Below are positions 26,429 through 32,000 of a stretch of 32,000 nt of DNA, in pieces. Numbering within the stretch: position 1 is the stretch's first letter; each line of letters begins with the position of its first letter. The DNA is taken from contig NZ_PGTO01000003.1 in the NCBI RefSeq assembly GCF_003284725.1, positions 250,153 through 282,152 of the forward strand. Reading direction: 5' to 3'. The notes under the pieces are model-generated. The model saw nothing but the letters and a program-made list of their open reading frames with translations. It did not search any database and was not told where the DNA came from. This DNA is from Paramagnetospirillum kuznetsovii. Lineage in GTDB: Bacteria > Pseudomonadota > Alphaproteobacteria > Rhodospirillales > Magnetospirillaceae. A program made the position numbers and the translations under genes.

Positions 26429-28114
26429 TCAGTCGGGCTTGCCGCCGCCATAGCGGGTGCTGCGATAGGCGTCCAGGCTGCTTTCCACATCTTCGTCGCC
26501 GATGCCCGCCGAGCGCAGCACCTGTCTCGCCATCTGAAGGCTGGCCTCCACCGTTTCCGGAATGACGGCGGTGGCGCCGATCTTGTTCAAATGATCCTCG
26601 TGGATGCGGTCCTTGGCCCGGACGATGACCGGCATGCCCGGCACGGCGTGACGAACGGCGGCGATGGTGCGTTCCGACTGGCGCAGGGCGCCGACCGTGA
26701 CCACCACCGCCCGGGCGCCGCCGATTCCCACCGAGCGTAAGACTCCCGGCTTGCTGGCATCGCCGAAATAAACCGGCAGGCCCTGCCGCCGCGCCTGGAT
26801 CACCCGGTCGGCGTCCTGATCCAAGGCGATGAAGGCAATGTCATGGCGCTTCAGCAGCCGGGCGATGGCGCGGCCCATGCGGCCATAACCGGCGATGATG
26901 ACGTGATTGGTGAGATGGCCGACGCCGCTGGGGGCCAGATCCTCGCTCTCGTGGCGGGCGAAGCGGCGCGACAGGGTTCGCCCCATTACGGCCAGGACCG
27001 GCGTCAGCACCATGGACAGGGCAGTCACCGCCAGCAGGATCTGCCCCGTCCTGGCATCGAGCAGCCGCAGCCCAATGGCGCGTTCGAACACCACGAAGGC
27101 GAATTCGCCGGTCTGCGCCAGCAGGAAACCCACCTGCAAGCCTTGCGGCCAAGCGATCTTCAAGATCCGGCACAGCCCCAGGATCACCAAGGTCTTGACC
27201 GCCAGTACCGCCAGGGTCAGGCCCAGGACATCACCGCCGCGAGACGCCACCAGCGGCAGGTTGATGGACATCCCCACCGTCATGAAGAACAGTCCCAGCA
27301 GCAGCCCCCGGAACGGCTCGATATCGGATTCCACCTGATGGCGATAGGGCGAGTCCGCCAGCATCAACCCCGCCAGGAACGCCCCCAGGGCCATGGACAT
27401 TCCCGCTTCCGACGTCGCCCAGGCCACAGCCAGGACCAAGAGCAGGGTGGCGGCGGTAAACACCTCGGGGCTTCGGCTGGCGGCGATGAAGGCGTAGATG
27501 GGACGCAGGAACAGATGTCCGACTACGAAGATCGCCAGGACGGCGAGAACCGCCTTTCCCGCCGCCAGCCCGAGGGCGGGCAGGATATCGTGGCCGCTTG
27601 CCGCCATCAGCGGCAGCAGGGTCAGAATGGGAATGACCGCCAAATCCTGGAAGATCAGCACCGACACCGAGATGCGTCCGTGCTGGCTGAGCGCCTCGTT
27701 GCGCTCCACCAGCAGGGCCAGCACCGTGGCGGTGGACGACAGGGCCAGGGTGGTTCCCACCACCAGGGCCAGCGGAATCGCCAATCCCACCAGATGTCCA
27801 AGGCCAGCCAGGACAAGAGCGGTCACCGCCACCTGCAACAGTCCGAGGCCGAAAATATAGCGCCGCATGGTCCGCAGCCGCGACAGCGGCAGTTCCAGGC
27901 CGATGGCGAACAGCAGGAAGACCACCCCGAACTCGGCCAGCGGCCGGGTGGTCTCCAGATCCACCACCGGCCCCGGCGTATAGGGACCGAGAACGATCCC
28001 GGCGGCCAGATAGCCCAGCACCGACGGAATGCCGAAGCGTTGCAGCACCGGCACCACCACGACGGCGGCCAGCAGCAGGAAAATGACGTCGAACAGCAGT
28101 CCGGCTTCGGTCAA
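26429..28114 (-). CDS. CPA2-family monovalent cation:proton antiporter with C-terminal RCK/TrkA-N domain (KefB/KefC-like K+ efflux)
   Basis: 561 aa. About 12 TM helices (GIPSVLGYLAAGIVLGPY..., GLELPLSRL, FLAGLMLADS), then a Rossmann-like HVIIAGYGRMGRAIARLL...IALDQD. TTG start at 28114. Confidence 0.85.
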   Translation of the reverse strand: MTEAGLLFDVIFLLLAAVVVVPVLQRFGIPSVLGYLAAGIVLGPYTPGPVVDLETTRPLAEFGVVFLLFAIGLELPLSRLRTMRRYIFGLGLLQVAVTALVLAGLGHLVGLAIPLALVVGTTLALSSTATVLALLVERNEALSQHGRISVSVLIFQDLAVIPILTLLPLMAASGHDILPALGLAAGKAVLAVLAIFVVGHLFLRPIYAFIAASRSPEVFTAATLLLVLAVAWATSEAGMSMALGAFLAGLMLADSPYRHQVESDIEPFRGLLLGLFFMTVGMSINLPLVASRGGDVLGLTLAVLAVKTLVILGLCRILKIAWPQGLQVGFLLAQTGEFAFVVFERAIGLRLLDARTGQILLAVTALSMVLTPVLAVMGRTLSRRFARHESEDLAPSGVGHLTNHVIIAGYGRMGRAIARLLKRHDIAFIALDQDADRVIQARRQGLPVYFGDASKPGVLRSVGIGGARAVVVTVGALRQSERTIAAVRHAVPGMPVIVRAKDRIHEDHLNKIGATAVIPETVEASLQMARQVLRSAGIGDEDVESSLDAYRSTRYGGGKPD

Positions 28115-28168
28115 GGACAGGGTATCCCGGTAGAGAACAGGCTGCCAGTGTAGCGGCTTGGAGATAAG

Positions 28169-28194
28169 GGAGGGAAGCGGTGTCCCGCTCCCCT
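28169..28194 (-). terminator. Possible leuA terminator hairpin (weak U-tract)
   Basis: Minus strand GAGGGGAGCGG-GACA-CCGCUUCCCUC (11 bp, one G-U) begins 11 nt after the leuA stop. It is followed by CCUUAUCUCC, which is only moderately U-rich. Confidence 0.45.
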
Positions 28195-28204
28195 CGCCTC
28201 GATT

Positions 28205-29863
28205 TCATCCCCGGTTCAGCGCGCTGATCACCGCCTTCAGCGAGGCCATGGTGATGCCAGCATCCACGGCGGCGCCATGGGTGGGGGCATTGCCGCCCAC
28301 GGCGATCTGGACATAGCAGGCCGCCTGGGCTTCGGAGCCGCCGCCGATGGCGTGCTCGTGATAGTCGCGCACCTTGACATGGATGCCGAGATCCTTGCCC
28401 AGCGCATGAACGAAGGCGTCCAGCGGCCCCGACCCGACGCCCTGGATCACCACGTCCTTACCATCGCGGAGCAGCGAGGCGGTCAGCGCCCGCTGGACTC
28501 CCTTGCCCACCGGCACGGTGGAGTAATCCACCAGTTCCAGCGTGCCGCCCCGGAAATAGGTGTCGGCGAAGGCGGTCATGATCTCGGACGATTCCAGCTC
28601 GCGGCCCTTCTGGTCGGCCAGTTCCTGGACGATGCGGGCGAATTCCACCTGCAGCGGCCGGGGGATTTCCAGCCCGTGGTCGCGTTCCAGCACGGCGGCG
28701 ATGCCGCCCTTGCCCGACTGGCTGTTGATGCGGATCACCGCTTCGTAGCTGCGCCCCACATCGGCCGGGTCGATGGGGAGGTAGGGCACTTCCCAGGTGG
28801 GGTCGTTGGCGCTTTTGCGTGCCGCGAAGCCCTTCTTGATGGCGTCCTGGTGCGAGCCGGAAAAGGCGGTATAGACCAGATCACCGGCATAGGGGTGGCG
28901 CGGATGCACCGGCAGCCCGGTGCAGTGCTCGGCTGCGCGGCGCACCGTGTCGATGTCGGAGAGATCGAGGCCGGGATCAACGCCTTGGGTGTAGAGGTTC
29001 AGCGCCAGGGTCACCACGTCCACATTGCCGGTGCGCTCGCCATTGCCGAACAGGGTTCCCTCCACCCGGTCGGCGCCCGCCATCACCGCCAGTTCGGCCG
29101 CCGCCACGCCGGTACCCCGGTCGTTGTGGGGATGCACCGAAACGATGAGGGAGGCGCGATTCTTCACGGTGGTGCAGAACCATTCGATGACGTCGGCGTA
29201 CAGATTGGGCGTCGACATCTCTACCGTGGCGGGAAGATTACAGATCATCCGCCGGGTGGGCGAGGCCCCCCAGGCTTCGGCCACCGCCTCGACGATTTCC
29301 ACCGCGAAGTCGGGTTCGGTTCCGGTGAAGCTCTCGGGCGAATATTGCAGAGTCACCTCGCCTTCGGGGCGGGCGGCCGACAGGTCGCGGATCAGCGCCA
29401 CGCCGGACAGCGCGAGATCGACGCAGCCCTTGCGGTCGATGCCGAAGACGATGCGCCGCTGCGCTTCCGAGGTGGAGTTATAGAGATGCACGATGCAGCG
29501 CTTGGCGCCCGCCAGCGCCTCGAAGGTGCGGCGAATCAGCTCTTCCCGCGACTGCACCAGAACCTGGATGGTGACCTCGTCGGGAATATGGCCGCCCTCG
29601 ATCAGGGTGCGGATGAAGTCGAAATCCGTCTGCGAGGCAGAGGGAAAGCCGACCTCGATCTCCTTGAACCCCATGTCCACCAGGGTGGTCCACATGCGCA
29701 TTTTGAGATCCGTGCCCATGGGATCGATCAGCGCCTGGTTGCCGTCGCGCAGATCGACGCTGCACCACATGGGGGGATGGTCAATGCGGCCGTCCGGCCA
29801 GGTGCGCGTGGCGGGACGAACGGTGGCATAGGCTTTGTACTTATTCTGAGCGGCGGGCATCAT
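28205..29863 (-). CDS. leuA: 2-isopropylmalate synthase (long, LeuA type 2 form)
   Basis: 552 aa. WCSVDLRDGNQALIDPM, SVHPHNDRGTGVAAAELAVMAGADRVEGTLFGNGERTGN, and a C-terminal LeuA dimerisation/regulatory region. AGGAGG lies 7 nt upstream of ATG 29863. Confidence 0.95.
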   Translation of the reverse strand: MMPAAQNKYKAYATVRPATRTWPDGRIDHPPMWCSVDLRDGNQALIDPMGTDLKMRMWTTLVDMGFKEIEVGFPSASQTDFDFIRTLIEGGHIPDEVTIQVLVQSREELIRRTFEALAGAKRCIVHLYNSTSEAQRRIVFGIDRKGCVDLALSGVALIRDLSAARPEGEVTLQYSPESFTGTEPDFAVEIVEAVAEAWGASPTRRMICNLPATVEMSTPNLYADVIEWFCTTVKNRASLIVSVHPHNDRGTGVAAAELAVMAGADRVEGTLFGNGERTGNVDVVTLALNLYTQGVDPGLDLSDIDTVRRAAEHCTGLPVHPRHPYAGDLVYTAFSGSHQDAIKKGFAARKSANDPTWEVPYLPIDPADVGRSYEAVIRINSQSGKGGIAAVLERDHGLEIPRPLQVEFARIVQELADQKGRELESSEIMTAFADTYFRGGTLELVDYSTVPVGKGVQRALTASLLRDGKDVVIQGVGSGPLDAFVHALGKDLGIHVKVRDYHEHAIGGGSEAQAACYVQIAVGGNAPTHGAAVDAGITMASLKAVISALNRG

Positions 29864-30031
29864 GGCCTCGTCCTCCTAAAATCTGTCGTTGCGGCGCAAG
29901 ATTAACGACCACCGGGCGGCCATGGGAATCAGGCCCGGCGACCGCAAGTTAGTCGCAGCGACAACAACAGACCGAGACGATGGAATTGAGAGGATGACAT
30001 CCGAGCAAACCTGACATGAACACCACTAGAA

Positions 30032-30067
30032 CGCACAAAACCCCGGCGTCGTCTTTACGACACCGGG
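30032..30067 (-). terminator. Attenuator-type intrinsic terminator in the leuA leader
   Basis: Minus strand CCCGGUGUCGU-AAAG-ACGACGCCGGG (11 bp, one G-U; 30067..30042) followed by GUUUUGUGCG (30041..30032). The 5' arm and loop overlap the last codons and the stop of the leader ORF. Confidence 0.6.
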
Positions 30068-30108
30068 CGGCTTAGCAGCAGCAGGACAGTTGCGAAATGG
30101 GACATCAT
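30055..30108 (-). CDS. Putative leuA leader peptide MMSHFATVLLLLSRPVS (four consecutive Leu codons)
   Basis: Read directly from the minus strand: ATG ATG TCC CAT TTC GCA ACT GTC CTG CTG CTG CTA AGC CGC CCG GTG TCG TAA. It is too short to appear in the ORF track. It begins 245 nt upstream of the leuA ATG. No strong SD is visible upstream, which lowers confidence. Confidence 0.55.
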   Translation of the reverse strand: MMSHFATVLLLLSRPVS

Positions 30109-30260
30109 GGGGCCACACTGCCTGAGGCGGAGACGAAACGTCAAGCACTCCATTTACCAATGCACCATTTGCTCATACCAAAGATATGGCCTTTTCTTCC
30201 GGATGAGTGCTACTTTCCCCGAACCTTGACACTTATCAACTCCGAGGCGCGGCACCGGTT

Positions 30261-30698
30261 ATGACCGATATGGAAGACCTCAGCTTCCTCGTCTTGCTCG
30301 CCGAAGATGATTCGGGTGATGCCCATCTGGTCAAGGCGGCCTTCGCCGACGGCAGCTATCCCTGCAAGGTGGAGCATGTCTGGGACGGCGTGGAAGCCAT
30401 GGCCCGCCTGAACGCCGCCAAGGAAAGCGGCGCCCGCCTTCCCGATCTTCTGCTGCTCGACATCAACATGCCGAAGATGAACGGCATCGAGGTTCTGGCC
30501 ATGGTCAAGGCGGATGCCGCGCTTCGCGATATTCCGGCGGTGATGCTGACCACGTCGGACGCGGAACGCGACGTGTCGGGCGCCTATCAGGCCGGTGCGT
30601 CCGGCTATGTCAGCAAGCCGGTGGATGTGGAGGGACTGTTCACCTCCATCCACGGCATCTCGGACTATTGGTTCGGCGTCATGCGCCGCCCTCGCTGA
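30261..30698 (+). CDS. Single-domain (receiver-only) response regulator
   Basis: From ATG 30261: the acidic pocket LLAEDDSGD, the phospho-acceptor in LLLLDINMPKMNG, plus MLTTS and the conserved Lys in YVSKP. 145 aa with no output domain. Confidence 0.88.
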   Translation: MTDMEDLSFLVLLAEDDSGDAHLVKAAFADGSYPCKVEHVWDGVEAMARLNAAKESGARLPDLLLLDINMPKMNGIEVLAMVKADAALRDIPAVMLTTSDAERDVSGAYQAGASGYVSKPVDVEGLFTSIHGISDYWFGVMRRPR

Positions 30699-30729
30699 CA
30701 GCGAGTCTTGATCGAACGACCGGGCACCG

Positions 30730-31845
30730 TCATGCCGACTGCTTGATTCCTGGTACGGCGGCCGAGTCCAACTCGTCGAAGCACGTCACGCGGTTGCGGC
30801 CCTGCCGCTTTGCCCTGTACATGGCGTCGTCCGCCAAGCGCTGGACCTCGGCGATGGTGGCGACCTCCGCGTCGGCGACGGCAACCCCGATACTGGCGGT
30901 AACCCTAAGGCGTTCCGAGCCGATATCGGGCATCAGCGCCTCGATGTCGGCCCGCAGCTTCTCGGCCAGCAGGCGAGCGCCCTCGCGGACGGTGTCGGGC
31001 AGCAGGACGCAAAACTCCTCGCCGCCGATGCGCCCCACCAGATCGCTCTGGCGGATCCCCTGTTCCAGACAAAGCGCCGCCGCCCGCAGCACGGTATCAC
31101 CGGCATCGTGGCCGAAGCGATCGTTGACGCTCTTGAAGTGATCGAGATCGACGAACAGCATGGCGAACGGCGATCCAGTCCGCCGCGCCTGGCTCAGCGC
31201 CCCCTCGCACAGCCCGTAATAGGCCCGAGCGTTGAGCAGGCCGGTCAATGGATCGCGGGCCGCCATATGGGCCAGTTTCCGGTTGGCCTCGACCATGGCG
31301 TGGTGAAACGAGATGGAGCGAGCGGCATAGGCGTGGAAGAAGGCGCTGATATAGACCATGCCCAGCACCACCGTGATCAGCGCCCCCGGCGAATAGGGTG
31401 TCGGCAGATGGGGATTGGCGACGATCACGATGGCGATGGACGCCGCCGTGATGGCGATGCCGATGCGCGAGCCCAGAATCAGATAGACGCCCGGAAGGTT
31501 GAGAGCGAACCAGATGGCTCGCAATTCATCGGGACCGTTGAACAGCAGCACCATGACGTATTGCGCCAGGGCCAGGACGGCATAGGCCGGAGCCACGAGG
31601 CGCATGCGCTCGGGATGGCCGCGCAGGATAAGGAAGGCGGCGACGCTGACCGCCAGGAAGCCGCGCCCCACCATCACATAGATTGGATCGTAAAGGGGCG
31701 GCCCCGCCAGCACGGCCAATTGAAATAGTGCGGTGATGGTGATGGCGAAGACCAGCACGGCGCAGGTGAAGCGATACTGGAACTGGTGGTATTCGTCGCC
31801 CTCGCGGAAAGTGGCGTTCCCGAATACGACGCGCTTCAGCTCCAT
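30730..31845 (-). CDS. Membrane-anchored diguanylate cyclase (GGDEF domain, GGEEF active site)
   Basis: An N-terminal ~190 aa with about 6 hydrophobic helices. The C-terminal GGDEF domain has DPLTGLLNARAY, FVDLDHFKSVNDRFGHDAGD, RIGGEEFCVLL and YRAKRQGRN. Confidence 0.88.
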   Translation of the reverse strand: MELKRVVFGNATFREGDEYHQFQYRFTCAVLVFAITITALFQLAVLAGPPLYDPIYVMVGRGFLAVSVAAFLILRGHPERMRLVAPAYAVLALAQYVMVLLFNGPDELRAIWFALNLPGVYLILGSRIGIAITAASIAIVIVANPHLPTPYSPGALITVVLGMVYISAFFHAYAARSISFHHAMVEANRKLAHMAARDPLTGLLNARAYYGLCEGALSQARRTGSPFAMLFVDLDHFKSVNDRFGHDAGDTVLRAAALCLEQGIRQSDLVGRIGGEEFCVLLPDTVREGARLLAEKLRADIEALMPDIGSERLRVTASIGVAVADAEVATIAEVQRLADDAMYRAKRQGRNRVTCFDELDSAAVPGIKQSA

Positions 31846-32000
31846 GTCCCAGCCCTTCCAGCCTGAAGCGGCCTAACCTAGCCAAAAACAATATATCTTT
31901 CGCGTGGGGCGAGATCAAGCGCTTGGGAACGCCATGCGGGGCATCCCCCTCATACCTAGACCTTCAACGCGCCAAGCCGTCAGTCGCTTGTCATTGAAAT

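Noticed and set aside
29864-30108. A riboswitch or T-box as the explanation for the long leuA leader.
   Set aside because: I recognised no T-box specifier or T-box sequence and no known riboswitch core by eye. The Leu-codon leader ORF plus terminator explains the region more simply.
30110-30260. Promoter calls for the leuA leader and the response regulator, for example TTGACG (minus strand, 30136..30131) and TTGACA (plus strand, 30226..30231).
   Set aside because: No acceptable -10 hexamer lies at 16-18 nt spacing from either -35-like hexamer. This is too speculative to list as a feature.

Overview
This window is GC-rich, gene-dense core chromosome. The gene order is typical of an alphaproteobacterium: a split F0 atp operon with both b and b-prime subunits, flaF, smc-dsbA-DUF721 divergent from mutY, lysC/ptsP, and rodZ-ispG-hisS. 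It looks Rhodospirillales-like; a Magnetospirillum-type organism is only a low-confidence guess. I can support about 30 protein-coding genes. On the minus strand these are hisS, ispG, a RodZ-like protein, ptsP, an NMO/FabK-like flavoenzyme, lysC, a FemAB/GNAT-like protein, flaF, atpI-B-E-F2-F, smc, a DsbA-like protein, a small membrane protein, a DUF721 protein, cowN, a CPA2 K+/H+ antiporter, leuA and a membrane GGDEF cyclase. On the plus strand these are ubiG, mutY, a secreted hypothetical protein, gatCAB, a DUF29 protein, a Cys-based phosphatase and a receiver-only response regulator. I found no tRNA, rRNA, CRISPR array, transposase, integrase or recognisable defence or toxin genes, and no convincing multi-gene novel system. 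The observations most worth a second look are listed here. (1) An unlisted 17-codon leader ORF with four consecutive Leu codons, fused to a terminator-like hairpin, in a 245-nt leuA leader. (2) A 226-bp nested palindrome with perfect 33-bp arms between smc and atpI. (3) A 45-bp palindromic repeat family present at two loci, one copy supplying a gene's stop codon. (4) flaF followed by a FemAB-like gene instead of flbT. (5) A cowN-like gene with no nif or CO-sensor genes in the window. (6) A closely spaced DUF29-phosphatase pair. The many long antisense ORFs in the track are GC-content artefacts.
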